Assembly: GCF_006345805.1 (NCBI RefSeq)
Contig: NC_043008.1
Coordinates: forward strand, 28,706,001-28,770,000
Origin: Octopus sinensis
Lineage: Eukaryota
Length of the DNA stretch: 64,000 nucleotides
Reading direction: 5' to 3'
The notes below the pieces were generated by a model, which did not search any database, was not told the origin of the DNA, and saw nothing but the letters and a program-made list of their open reading frames with translations. Below are positions 14,129 through 26,762 of the stretch, piece by piece. A program made the translations under genes and the position numbers. Positions within the stretch are counted from its first letter, which is position 1. Each line of letters begins with the position of its first letter.

Positions 14129-14133
<5 letters not shown>
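13679..14133. mobile_element. Non-coding foldback element with hammerhead in its arms and a 78-bp tandem duplication
   Basis: 186-bp arms at 13679-13864 and 13948-14133 with 4 mismatches. Extra copy of the inner 78 bp at 13870-13947. 5-nt central loop. Ends in TA repeat. Confidence 0.9.
14016..14058 (+). ncRNA. Minimal type I hammerhead-ribozyme motif, U3:A8 variant
   Basis: GCTACA / TTGACAA / GGGG-CAAATA-CCCT / GAAA-CGCG-TC / TGTAGC: 6-bp stem I, 4-bp stem II, palindromic ACGCGT helix III. Predicted cleavage after C14052. Confidence 0.75.
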
Positions 14134-14184
<51 letters not shown>

Positions 14185-14419
14185 GCTATTTTGTGCTTCA
14201 GTCCAGAAATTAGAGCCAATTCACAATTAACATGAGGTCGTTTAAATTTTCTCTCACGAGCCAGCTTTCAGAAACGTGTATTTTAGTTGGAGTTTTTTAG
14301 TAGCTTTTGAAGTTATCGACACTTTAAGCATGGTGGAAAAATGTCGTTTTTACCCCATCTCCCTCGATATAATTATGTAAATATGTATACACACACAAAC
14401 ACACACACATTTACATACT

Positions 14420-14900
14420 TTCGGGTTGTCGGTGACTAAACCGATACCCCCACTAGTCTATCCTGGTGTGGATGGTTACTAGAAAACTAGCAGTATGAAC
14501 AACAAGTGTTGTTTGAAAAGTCGAACGAGACAAGTGCAAGCTCAACAGCTACCTAGCAATTCCGAGATATGTCCAGCTTTCTCGAAGACCACTGCTAATG
14601 AAGCACCCTTCAGCTTCTGTTGAAGCATGTTTCTAAAAGAAGGTCACTCTGATATAAATCCAGATATACAGGGAATGAAATTGGACATTTTGGGGATGTT
14701 TGGTTTTTGATACAGATCATGCCGTTGCCACTACCCTCAGACTGCGATTGAAATTGGCTCCAAACATTTCGGTCTCGCTTGTCTCTGGATAATGTCAATA
14801 GAGTGGAGTGGATAATATCAATAGTGTATGAGGTGTTTAAGACTTCTTGGACCTAAAACTCTGCACAGGCATTGCAGACTTCTGCTCGATATGTCATGTT
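14420..14900 (+). mobile_element. Decayed RTE-like endonuclease remnant
   Basis: DTDHAVATTLRLRLKLA resembles the APE SDH..V...LRLKL motif; heavily mutated. Confidence 0.4.
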
Positions 14901-14906
14901 TTATTC

Positions 14907-15021
<115 letters not shown>

Positions 15022-15064
15022 CTCCTATATATATATATATATATTTTTAGTATTTTTTTTTATT

Positions 15065-17690
15065 CGAACGTCCTTCGGCGATACAAGAATCGTTAAAAAG
15101 GCAGGCCTCATGGATTGGAAACTTGTAGTCAGCGATCTGCACACAGGGGGCCCAAGCTAGATATAAACACGTGACTTTGTCGCGCAAGACAGCAATAGGA
15201 TTCGGTTGCTGCATTGATGTCTGAGCAGTTCCATTTGGAGAGGGCACTGCTCACCCGGAGGCTTAGGGGTTCTAGAAAAGGTGAAACAAAAATTGCCTGT
15301 CTTTCTACAGCAGGTCAGTTTAGCGCGACTGACGGACGTCCACCCTGCGCTGAAAAACAAAGAGACTTTTATTTACAAAGTCTAGATGGAACTTGAACAT
15401 TTCATGTTAGAATGGGCACACTCTGGTGGATAAAAGAATGATTGTAGACCAGAAACTCTCATGCCACTTGTTATTCGCGAGCTGAACCGTTATAACATTG
15501 ATATAGCTGCACTTTCAGAGACTCGTATAGAAGGTGATGATCAGCTTGAGGAAGTAGGAGGTGGATACATCTTTCTTTTTGATGGCGAGGCAGAAGGAGG
15601 GGCATAGAGAAGCTGGTATCGACTTTGCAGTTCGATATGATATCCTTAAGAATTTTGAGGAGGTCCCTGTTCATATAAATGAATATCTACGATTGCACCT
15701 GAAAGCTGGGCGACTTACTACTCTAATAAATGCCTATAAACCTACTTTGACTTATTGTGATGAAGATAAAAATATTTTTTTATACCCACCAGAGAGCCTA
15801 ACTTAGTAATATCCGCACTTCTGATAAAGTCATTCAACTGGGGAATTTCAAATCCTGAGTTGGAACAAACTGGCACATATGAAACTCTCTAGGACGTTTT
15901 GGTGTACGGAAAATGAACAGAAGTGGTCTCCTGCTACTAACGCTTTGCGATGAGCATGGACTTTACATGGCAAGCACTCATTTGATGCACAAAGGCGATC
16001 ACAGAACAGCGTGGGTGCATGTGCTGGATGATGTAATGATCTGCAGACGTGACATCTATGACATTTGTAATGTCATGTTCATTTATGCATCAGCATGCTG
16101 AACAAACTACAGTCTGGTGCGAGCAAAGTTCCAGATGATAACTAGATGGAAAGAGAGAAGAAGGAAAGTTGGTATTCCTCAACCTTTTTAATGTCCACAA
16201 GTTATAAGATACTATGTTACAGAAAAAAGATTTAGACTCGCTTGTCTAGCTTTGACAATACTACAGTATGGGAAGATTTTCGAGACCATGTTCTTCAAAG
16301 TGCTGCTGAAATACTGGGTTATTGCATATATTGTGCACACTAGGCCTAACAGAGAATGGTTTGATGAAAATGCTGCTGAAATTCAGCAACTATTGGTTGT
16401 AAGGTGTCATGCCAATGATGTATTGCTGCACAGAGAACTTTCAGCTGTACAGCAAAATCTAGCACTTGCCATCTATAGCAATGTAACACCACTACTGCAG
16501 CGCTCTCTCGGGAATATGCAGAACGGTTGGTAGGAAGATCTTGCTTGTGATGTTTGGGCTGCTGTTGATGCAACTGACAGTAAGGAGCCTTACTATCTTA
16601 TCAAGCACTTTTATGAGCCAAAGTGCTCTACACCAACTCCTTTATTTTCCAAGGAGACTTTTTGTACATTGCTGCTGTTTTGCTAAGATTTGCTCATGTT
16701 TTTGCTAAGATTAGCTCTCTGGGAATATATGACAGGTATCGATCATCTGGCCGCTTTTTAATCTGCGCCGATTTGCTGCCAATTGAAAAGTGTTCCAGTC
16801 TCTCATTCAGGACCCTCCTTTATGTAGATGGCTATAACCTTGTCCCTCATACAGTGGATGACATACAAATACTTATAAATCGTACTTCTGCTTCTTGCAA
16901 GGCATTTGGACTCAGCGTTAGCCTGAACAAAACTGTTCTAATGTTCCAGCCTGAAGCAGGAAATTCATATGTGCAACCAGTTATATTGGTTGAAGGAACA
17001 ATACTGAAAGTGTTAGATAATACATCTACCCGCGCACCACACTAGTCCGTTCTTGCTCTCTGTACGAGAGCAACTGATTAATTCAGGTCTCTTCAGTCTC
17101 GTGTCTGGTCCCAGCATGGCATTACAAAGCAAGGATAAATTGCTGTAAACCGTGCATGTGTACTGACATTGCTGCTTTACTCATATGAGGCATGGACCCT
17201 TTGCAAATGTCATGTAAAGATCCTTGAACGCTTTCGTCAAAGATGCTTCAGACACATTGTGGATATTGTCTGGACCTTAAAAACACCAGACACAGGCCAT
17301 GAGGACTGCTGATAACTTGAGTATTGAGGCGAAGGTGCACAACCATCGGTTACGTTGGACTGGACACCTTATTAGAACAAAATTGCAGGATGCTGTATGG
17401 GCAACTAGTTAATGGAAAGAGACCCTGGCAGAAACCATTTAATGAGTGTGCCAAGTCCTCATTAAAGGCCTGTGATATACAGGGACTGACTGGGAGAGCA
17501 ATGACTGTCATCCCCACAGATGTTAAGAAAGGGATCGGGACATTTTAGAGAGCTCGTATTCTGAATGAAGAATTTAAGCGTGCTGCTCGAAAGCACATTG
17601 TTAGTATAGCGTATTGGGAATGCTTGGTTCGCAACGTTTGCAGTCGTGTATGCTGGTCAGGAGTAGGGCTCATCAGCCACCAACGGGGCT
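15065..17690 (+). mobile_element. Near full-length decayed RTE/BovB-like LINE
   Basis: RELNRYNIDIAALSETRIEG (APE), HRTAWVHVLDDVMI, REWFDENAAEI, KAFGLSVSLNKTVLMFQP (RT), LLYSYEAW and a C-terminal CNVCSRVCWSGVGLISH. Many stops and frameshifts, with an internal RT deletion. Confidence 0.9.
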
Positions 17691-18039
17691 GCAAATTCAA
17701 AATATGTTAGTCCTATAGCGCACAATATATGCAAAATTGGACACACATAGGCAATATATATATGCATATACACACACAGTATAACACACACACTTGCATA
17801 TGTGTGTATGTGTATTTTAACACAAATATATTTGTATATGCAAAAATACGTACATATGCGAATAAGCGGAGTCAGATCTGTACATATATTCTTCCAATTA
17901 TAAGTTCCATCTGTTTGAGAACCACGAAATTGTGAATTACCCAAGTAGAATACTTATTTATCCTTCTTCAGGTTTCAGATATTGTTTTTGCAATATCGCG
18001 GTCAGTTATGCCTTGGAGCAATACCTTGTTCTATTTAAG

Positions 18040-18310
18040 CCTTGGAGCGATACTTATTCTTTCATTTGTTTCAGGCATTTGACTGTAACCATGCTGGAGC
18101 ATCGCCTTTGCTCGAACAAATCGACTCCAGAACTTATTTGTAAGCCTAATGCTTATTCTATTGGGTCTTTTTGCTGAACCGCTATGTTACGGGGACGTTT
18201 ACACACCAACATCGGTTGTCAAATGATGGTAGACCACAAACACAGACACACAAACATATACACAGACATGCACACTTATACACAAAAACACACAAACACA
18301 CACACACACA
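18040..18310 (-). mobile_element. SINE-type interspersed repeat (same family at ~24075-24125 +, ~40915-40985 -, ~46140-46250 -, ~62390-62560 -)
   Basis: Recurrent core ATTTGACTG(C)GGCCATGCTGGAGCACCGCC and an AAAAGAAT-type tail in several copies in this window. Confidence 0.7.
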
Positions 18311-18324
18311 CCTGTGTATGCATA

Positions 18325-20140
18325 TATGGGTACAGGACGTCAGCAACTGAGTAATCAACATGAAATACGTAGACAAACAAGTTTAATACGCAAAGAACGA
18401 AACAAAAAATGGAAAACAGGACAGGTAAGCACAGGGAAACGACCTTTCATCATTTGTCGGCTTTCGATCTACTCCTCATTTCGAGCATTCAACGACAATA
18501 TGGGGGTCAAAGTTGGGAACAAAATCAAAACAGTGGAGACATGCTAGGAAACCGAACGAAAACAAACATGGAGGGTCGTTAGACAAGAACGAGAGGAAAA
18601 TACTGAAAAGATAGAAGAGAGAGAAAAAAAACGTCCAGTCCTTTGGACGTCGGTGAAGGAAAAGAAAGATGGTCACGTGGGGAGAGAAGAGATGGACGAT
18701 GGCCACGTGTGAGCAACGTGAGAAAGAAAGGGGGAGAGAGAAAGAGTGGGAGAGATAGAAAAACGGTGAAAGAGGGAGGGGAGAACAGGAAATTAGGGAA
18801 GTATGAATGAAGTATACAGTAGAGTCGCATCGATAAAGTATAGATAAACTGACTTGGAAATGGATGCATGACATTATATATACATACGACAGGCTTCTTT
18901 TAGTTTGGAGATGGGAAAATAAGAAGGAATGTAGGTAGTATGAAAGTAGTAAGGTGAAAAATGTTCAAATGACTTAAAATTGGCACTTTATGGATTATAG
19001 CAGTGATTGGGACATATTTCTTATGAATTCTTGGGAATCGCTTGAGTGTGTCATTTTTAATATTTGCGTGAGTATTTGTGTTAATCTAAAGCCGTGGTGG
19101 ATATGTCGTTTGTCGTAGACGCGTTCAAAAGTTGTCTGTATTTTGTAATAAAGAGAGTCTCTTCACTAATTCGGTGGCTCCAGGTTGTATCGTCCCTGAA
19201 TTGGCAGAGGGGAAAAATTCTGAAGCTTGGATTTATGTCATTGGCGCAAATATCTATGTGTTGGCTGAATGCTATTTTTCTGTTTTGGTGAATTTTGATC
19301 TGGGATCTGTGCAGAGCCATTCTTTTACGTAGACTGTTTTTTCTTTGGCCTATGTATTGCTCTTGACACCCAGAGCAGGTTAGTGAGTATATCAGGTTCT
19401 CCGAAGCACATGTGAAGTTGCTTTTCACTGTGAAACGTTGTCCTTGTTTGAAGAACTATGATCCCTCAATTAAATTGATGCATATCCCACATTTGGGTTT
19501 TCTACATCTTTTTTCCTGATAGCTTCTGTGTTGTTGAGAGTATTTGGGCTTGTGTTAGACTTTTCATAGATTTGGACTGCCTTACTTTTTATGATAGTGT
19601 ATGATTGGCGGATTAAGTTCATTCTGTGGTCCATTTTTAGCAGGGGTATGTTTTGGAGGATGATGTCGAAGGCTTCATTGTTGAGAGGGTTCTGTGTGGA
19701 AATGTGTGGTAGGGCTTTTAGTTGTAAATCTTTCTTTAATTTGGGATGTCTGAGTTCATGGATATTGAGTTGAAGGACACGTTGAAAGCATATGTCAATT
19801 AGTGAAGGCGGGTAGTTCCTGGTGATGAGTGTATCCTTTAGTTCATGTAGTCGTGTGTCTTTGGTGTTTGCATTATAAAATATAGTACATATCCGTTTTG
19901 CTAGGTTGAAGGGGATACTCATTCTCGTGTGTCTGGGGTTGCATGAGTTGAACGATAGATATTGCTCGGAATCCATAAGGTGTATGTCTGTTTCTATTAC
20001 GTTGTTAGATTTCTTAATGAGGATGTCGAGGAAGGGACGTTGTTGCAGGGATATTCCATCGTGAATTGGTTGTTTACGGCAAGTCCATTTAAAAGTGCTT
20101 GGAATTCTTTAAGATTCTCGAAATGTTCATGCCAAAAAAT
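18325..20140 (-). mobile_element. Penelope-like element, 5'-truncated: RT C-terminus/thumb, GIY-YIG endonuclease, 3' pLTR
   Basis: LKEFQALLN...FTMEY, YLSFNSCNPRHTRMSIPFNLAKRICTI and FTCASENLIYSLTCSGCQEQYIGQ...LRKRMALH (GIY-YIG). A pyrimidine-rich 3' repeat follows. Confidence 0.9.
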
Positions 20141-20197
20141 GAAACATATATATATATATATATGAATACACACATACGTGAGTATGTGAGTGTGTGT

Positions 20198-20242
<45 letters not shown>

Positions 20243-20691
20243 TATATATACACACACAAAATGAAACGGAGACAGATAGAGAGAAAGAGAGTTCGGTAAA
20301 TTATGAATATGTTCTCTGCACTACACGTGTAGATATATCTGTGTACTGAGATTCTTGGCAGTGTCATTTGTGAATTTATGAAAGAAAATTTAGAGAATAT
20401 ACTACGCACATATATCCTGAAACCCATCTTCATAGTGCTTTAAGCTATTTCACTTCAAAATGAACACGAATGAAGCTTATATATTTGGCCTCAAGGAATA
20501 TTGTATATTTTTATTTTATTCTCTCTTTTATAGTGGTTCGTATTAACACATGTAGAATTGCTATTGACAAAGTGGTGAATATTAGTGGTTACATGTATTA
20601 AGTCACAAGAGAATGATAACAATCTCTCAATATTTGTTTTCTGTTAAGATCATTAACCCTTTTATCACTGTGCCGATACTATAACATATAC

Positions 20692-20742
<51 letters not shown>

Positions 20743-20839
20743 ATATATTATATATATATATATATAATATATATATATCTACATACATATGCAAATATAC
20801 ATATATATATAAACATAATTAAAAGTTAAAATCATTGAA

Positions 20840-21700
20840 ATTTATCAATGGCCCACATATAAAATATAACCTTTTAAGTAAAATACATATAGAGAGATTA
20901 AGTATATAGGATACAATAATATATAACAGAGCACGGAAGCTACCATGCCTATATACTGAAAATAGATGGAGAATACGTCCAGCTACTGCACATCTTCTTA
21001 ATATGTACACAGATCGAAAGTGGGAAACCATACTGATTTAAAATTTTAAATAATTCAGTTAGTTTAGTCTTGACCAATTTATGGATTAGTTTAATAACTT
21101 TTCCTTCATCAGATAAACCTACTGAGCGAAACAAATGAATATATTTATACACATCCGCAGAAAACCACACGCAAAATACGAATATAGATAAATATTCGCA
21201 TATATATGCGCATCGAATTTTCTTAATCCACCTCAACACGCGCGCCTTTGGTCGCAATAGTACGCAGGTAAATGAAGTGACACGAAGTGAATGGGATACG
21301 TTTAAGTATAATTAAAGGATAATAACCATTAAAATTAATGAATTTTATCAATGGCCTGCATATACAAAAATACATTATTACACAGGGTACAATTATACTT
21401 CAGGGTACGGACGCTACAATGCCTAAATGCTGAAAATAGGTGTCAGATACGTCCAGCCACTGCAAATCTTCACTATACATACATTGGTTACAAGCGGGAA
21501 AGCCGTCTGATTTGTAATTCAAAAATAATTCATATTAAGAAAATTCGATGCGTACATATTTGTAAATATGTGTGTACTCGCCTTGTGTGTGCGCTTTCTG
21601 TGGGTGTGTATAAATATTTTCATTTATTTCGCTTAGTATGTTTTGCTAATGAATGTAAAACAATCTGAATTATTTTAGAATTTTAAATCAGTCCCCTTTT
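20840..21700. repeat. Local diverged duplication with one segment inverted
   Basis: ~20840-21060 recurs directly at ~21340-21535; ~21040-21230 recurs inverted at ~21535-21690. Confidence 0.7.
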
Positions 21701-21774
21701 AATCTGTGTATTATTGTATCCTATCAATTAAACACAGATTGAAAGAGTAATGGAAAGACCTTAAATTTTCAAAC

Positions 21775-21960
21775 ACATTTATTTTAATATGGGTAGGACC
21801 GCTTTGGCAGTAATTAAAGCTTGAATTGTACGAGCTATTGACTCGTACAAAGTATGAAATTTTGTCCATTCTACACCTAAAACAGTCTCCAGTTCTTCTG
21901 GTGATCATACTGGAACTTTCGACTCCTTACTTGTTTTTCTAAAATGCACCATAAATTATC
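21775..21960 (-). mobile_element. Tc1-like transposase 3' fragment
   Basis: ILEKQVRSR...LYESIARTIQALITAK resembles the Tc1 C-terminus (LxxSMPRRIQAVIxAKGG). Confidence 0.65.
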
Positions 21961-22228
21961 GCAATAGACCCTGGTATGATATTATTTTCCGTTTACTTAC
22001 CTTACCTGAATGAAACAATAACAAAGAATAAAAAACTTAATTAATACCCGGAGCATAATTGTATCTTTCCCATATATGTATAACACTTCATTTTAAGTTG
22101 CTGAATTCAGCTTCCACAATGGCTTCAAGGCGGTTCCATTTTTAACTGAAATGAAATTATAGTGTGTGGGTATGTGTTTGTGTATGTATATGCATGAATC
22201 TGCATAATGTGGACTTATTACATAATAG

Positions 22229-22595
22229 CTTCCATAGTAGCTTTCTCTCCGTAACTCACAAAGCATTTCACGTTTGTTTGAAAATATATGTTGTAATAAA
22301 CAGTTTAGTATTCCCTAACTTTGGTTGAAATTGATGGGTGGGCGTTTGGCCCAATAAGATGTGCAAGGAGCCGTGTAAGTGTTGATTTGTGGGTCCATTT
22401 GTCAGTCATTTGTTTTTACTTAAGAATTGTCCCTTCAAGTTGGAGAATAAAATATTATTGAACTTTCCAGTGTGTCATTTTAAAAATAGAAAAAACTTAT
22501 ATATGTTATTGTACATCTATCTTCATATTGTGTGTCTTCCATAGTAGCTTTCTCTCCGTAACTTACAAAGCCTTTCGCCTTTGCTTACAAATATT
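22229..22595 (+). repeat. ~60-bp direct repeat pair (22229-22290 and 22536-22595)
   Basis: CTTCCATAGTAGCTTTCTCTCCGTAACT(C/T)ACAAAGC occurs twice. Confidence 0.8.
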
Positions 22596-22839
22596 ATACA
22601 TATTTGTGTTTGTATGTGTATGTGTTTGTGTGTGTGTATTTATATACATATATGTAAATGATAAATGATCTTATCGCGAACGACACATGAGTGCTTACTA
22701 TAATAAATCAGTAATCATGATCTATGAACATGCATGCGTCACTTCAAACCTGCTGGTGCCTTATAAACATTTTGATAAATGGAACAAGCTAAAGACTTAG
22801 TTTGCTCAAGTGCTTGTGAATCATTTATTTGTATTTCTT

Positions 22840-23250
22840 TGAGTGGACAGCAAGGGCTGCTTTTCCCCATGCCACAAAAGCACAATAACGAACAAATTTG
22901 TATTTAGAGGAGAGGTGTTTTGCCGGTGTGTTTCATGCTTGCATGATCTTTGCCCCGATGTTGGAGTCAACTTTGATCAGATCTATCAAATGCAGAGAAT
23001 CACGATTACGCCAGGTCTTGCGTTCTAATGATTAGTTTTCCCAGGATGAAATGAAAATGTTGCATGTGTACAGGTTGGTGGTTTTGTCATCGTTGCTTTA
23101 TAGTGTCGATTCTCGCTCCATATACCGAAAGAACATCAAGCAGCTTGATGCTCTTTCATGCGTGATGCTTGGATGCATAAAACCGAATGAATATATTCGG
23201 TTTTATGCATATTGAATGACCATATTCAGTGAGGTGCTGTTGTACACACA
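22840..23250 (+). mobile_element. RTE LINE RT C-terminal fragment
   Basis: LHVYRLVVLSSLLYSVDSRSIYRKNIKQLD matches the RTE KLxVYRAVVLxxLLYGxETW motif. Confidence 0.6.
23173..23210. repeat. Perfect 16-bp inverted repeat with 6-nt loop
   Basis: ATGCATAAAACCGAAT-GAATAT-ATTCGGTTTTATGCAT. Confidence 0.95.
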
Positions 23251-23389
23251 GACACACATACATATCTTGTTCAAATTTGTAGAAAACAGTTGAGGAAATG
23301 ACAAACATGTGTATTAGTTTATCGATCGAGAAAAATAGAAGAGTCTTTGACATTTGAGACTAGGGTCTTCGACGGAAAGGATTGAGTAG

Positions 23390-23660
23390 TAAAATAAAAT
23401 GGAGAGAGAACCAAAAAAATGGACGTGGTGTGTTCCGCCATGCCTCATGTTTTCATATCCAGCCTTTGAAAACCAACATTATTTGTGAACCAGAACTGAA
23501 ATTCAAGGACGCTTGTATTTGCATGAGAGATAGCCATCCGTGTGCATACAAGGCGTTAACAGTTCAGTAATTTTGTCTAAACTGTTTCTGCTTCGCGTGA
23601 AAATTCTCAATTTTTCGCTCATGCGAAGGTACACCACATCATTGATTTGAAACTGCTGTT
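23390..23660 (+). repeat. Unclassified interspersed repeat, second copy at ~41280-41560 (minus)
   Basis: Both copies read KFKDA(C/S)I(C/Y)MR(D/Y)S(H/Y)P(C/R)AYKALT and align at the nucleotide level. Confidence 0.7.
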
Positions 23661-24129
23661 CTTGTATAGTTGCACACTATCTACAGTAACCCAGGTAATT
23701 CGAAAATTGGGACGACTTAACTCACGTAAGATTAATATAAACTTCGAGAAAGTCTTATCACCATTTCTATCGGGAGAATAACTAACATTAACACTGTTGC
23801 TATTCGGTATTTTCTATACTTATACAATGGAGCAAAATGGTGATCTTTTAAATTAAGAAATTCGCTAGCTATATAATAACGTACTACTAGTTTTAATACT
23901 GGCTGTATCATTAAAATGAATGGCAATCACAAACATCTATGGATGAGGTGCCATAAAACGTATATACCAATTAACAATGTTCATCATATGTATGATTACA
24001 CTGAGACAACAATAAAATTACCATGAAAAAATAAATCAAATACTTAACCAACGGTAATCATAAAGATTATTGTATAGGTGCTCCAGCATGGCCGCAGTCA
24101 AATGACTAAAAGAAGTAAAAGAATATAGA

Positions 24130-25490
24130 TTCATCTATCCATATGCAAACCAGAAACGAAATGATGGTAGTCAATCTAAAAATTACGTTATAACATAGCA
24201 TGGTATTTCCCAATATCATGATGACCAAGAATGCCGTTCCGCAAACAATGGTCACTGCCATTAAACACAACGAGTTTGTCATACGCGGAGACTGTCTGGA
24301 TGGAGCGGTCCAGCAGATTGTAGAACGAAGTTTTCACGCCGTCTTCAGATGTGAGAGTAGGGGAGTACATAGAGATCAGCGTAAGATATCTGTCCCGAAT
24401 GTGCTTGATCCTAACAATCATCAGGCGCTCACTGACAGTAGTTGATACGAGTCTGTGTTGATCCACGAGTTTCGTTTTGATGGCAAGGACAACTCCTGGG
24501 ATGCATGCTTCGTTAGGTTACTTCCCCTTCAAAAAAATGCTGTATTTGGAGCCATATTCTCTGATGGTGCCTTCTCCGGGAAGCCTAGTCTCGCTCAAGG
24601 CTGCCACGTCGATGTTGAAGCGGGCAAGGGTTGTCCTTTACTCCGGATGATTGATGTGACTCTTGTCCTGGAGAGTGCGGATGGTCCAGGCCCCGAATGT
24701 GAGACGTTTTGAAACAATGGATTTAGTAGTTGATATTGGATGAGTAGAAGTAAAGTTCCGACAGCTGGGTGGGAGGTTCTCTAGCTGCAATATGCTCTCC
24801 AGATCGAGTTGCCGAGTCCGATGTTTACCTCCAACTTCCTAGGAGCTCCCCATTAAGAGGTGGGCTGCTGTAATCCTAAAGAGTCTAGCCCAGTCACGAG
24901 TCCAGATGCTGAACTCCCAAATGTCACAGCTATTCCATGGAGAGCAACATCTAAGATTCGCCGCCAATTTGTGATCACGCGCCAGAGATTTCCAGCTTTC
25001 CAGACCAGCCGCCAGCGCCTCGCGATCCCACCGGCATTAGGCTTCTGTATAATTTTTGAGATCAAAGAGCAGAAAGACGAAGCCAGTCGGTGAGTAAATT
25101 TTTTGAGGTGATCATGGCTGCGCTAGGGCCACGCGCACGCACTTGGCCAGGAACTTTCTACTTAGGCTCAATTATTGAGACATGCAGTTTTGATGAGGCT
25201 GTTTACTGTGAACTTTCGGAGTCCAACCGCCGCTGTCACTCCTGCCGGCCCGGCGTTGCCCTCTCCCGCCGGAATCAGCCAAGAAGGGCTTCAGATTGCT
25301 CTCCTCTAATTGCTTCATCATTGGCTTCTAGATGTTGGTGTTTAGTCGTGTTTGGTCTGGGACATTATCCTCGATCTTGCCGCCATGGGTGGCCCTACAA
25401 GAGGTCTAGTGCAACAGATGGCATCGTTCTCGGAATCATTGGGTCACAAAAACTCTTCCACCTCAGCAGGTACAACGATCGGAAGAGGTA
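24130..25490 (-). mobile_element. RTE LINE 5' portion (GC-rich 5' UTR plus APE endonuclease)
   Basis: KTRVTSIIRSKGQPLPASTSTWQP, VSERLMIVRI...YLTLISMYSPTLTS...KTSFY...DKLVV...GILGHH.IGK. The 3' part is absent. Confidence 0.85.
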
Positions 25491-25519
25491 CATACATACA
25501 TACATACTTCAATCTATTG

Positions 25520-25661
<142 letters not shown>

Positions 25662-25787
25662 TTGGAGGAAACAGAAGAATCCGAATACATTACGGTGATA
25701 TAAAACTGAGACTGCTACACAATTGTCAACTCCTTTTCTGTCTGACTTATATGCGTCTGTATATATATATGTGTGTGTGTGTGTTTA

Positions 25788-25828
<41 letters not shown>

Positions 25829-25989
25829 GTACTGGGAGAATAAGAAACGGAACGAATCGAATTGAACCCGACGCGAGGGCGCTGTCAAACAATAGTGTAA
25901 TAAATAAAATATATGCATGCATACAAACATATATGTACGTACCTACATCTACATGTATATATACATGCATATATAAATATATATGCACG

Positions 25990-26490
25990 TGAGTACAGGA
26001 CACCACAACTAGACGTAGAACTCAACGAGAACTGAAAACGGGAAAACCATTTTTTTGCAACAGAAAAAACAGAGTATAGGGCATAATACACAAGGAAAAA
26101 ATCCCCTATCATCAGCTGTCACTAGTTCGGCTCCAGCGTGTTTCGAAGGCAAGACAGGACACGACTCGTGGTAGAGTAATATGCGTTATTTAGAGCAGCA
26201 GAAAATTCAACAAAACCTGTTACTCTGAGTTTCACGTTCCCGTTCGTCGGACAGTTACCAGGGTAGCAAAATTCACGTAAGCGACAAGGATGTAGCGACC
26301 TATTCAAAAGTAGAAACTCCGGGTTAATGTGCAGTGATTTGTGTTGTATAAATTGAGTTGAACGCTGATGCTATTCAAATTCTTTTATTGTCTTCGAAAC
26401 ATATGTCGAAAATAAAAGAATTTGAATAGCATTTGCGTTCAACTCCATTTATACAAAACAAATTACTGCACATTAACTCGGAGTTGGCAA
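25990..26490 (-). mobile_element. Penelope-type pLTR with inverted duplication and hammerhead motif
   Basis: Inverted arms at ~26315-26389/26411-26485, with the spacer containing GAAACATATGTC. Hammerhead-like motif at 26217-26254 (minus). Homologous to 26640-26950 and 30370-30640. Confidence 0.7.
26217..26254 (-). ncRNA. Hammerhead-like motif (core mutated, stems intact)
   Basis: CTGT / CCGACGA / ACG-GGAA-CGT / GAAA / CT-CAG-AG / T A / ACAG. Confidence 0.55.
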
Positions 26491-26682
26491 TTGTGTAGCA
26501 GTCTCAATTTTATGTCACCGTAATGTATTTGGATTCTTCTCTTTCCTCCAAATGTATATATATATAATTGTGCGTATTTATATGTATATATATTAATAAT
26601 TATATATATATAAGTAAATAAATGGAATTATACGCAGTCGTCAAAATTGTTATAATGTCTTGCTGTTGAAAGTTTCTCTTTC

Positions 26683-26762
26683 TTTCCTGTTGTGAAGATT
26701 GCATTTACACCGTTTATTCCTTTGGAATAAAACAAATGTTGTCTTCGAAACATATGTCGAAA
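26683..26762 (+). ncRNA. Degenerate long-stem-II hammerhead motif in pLTR
   Basis: TTTC / CTGTTGT (mutated core) / GAAGATTGCATT...AATGTTGTCTTC / GAAA-CATATG-TC / GAAA. Confidence 0.5.

Noticed and set aside
25330-25490. HDV-like ribozyme expected at an RTE 5' end
   Set aside because: Only a simple hairpin (CTCTTCC/GGAAGAG) was seen; I could not build the nested double pseudoknot.
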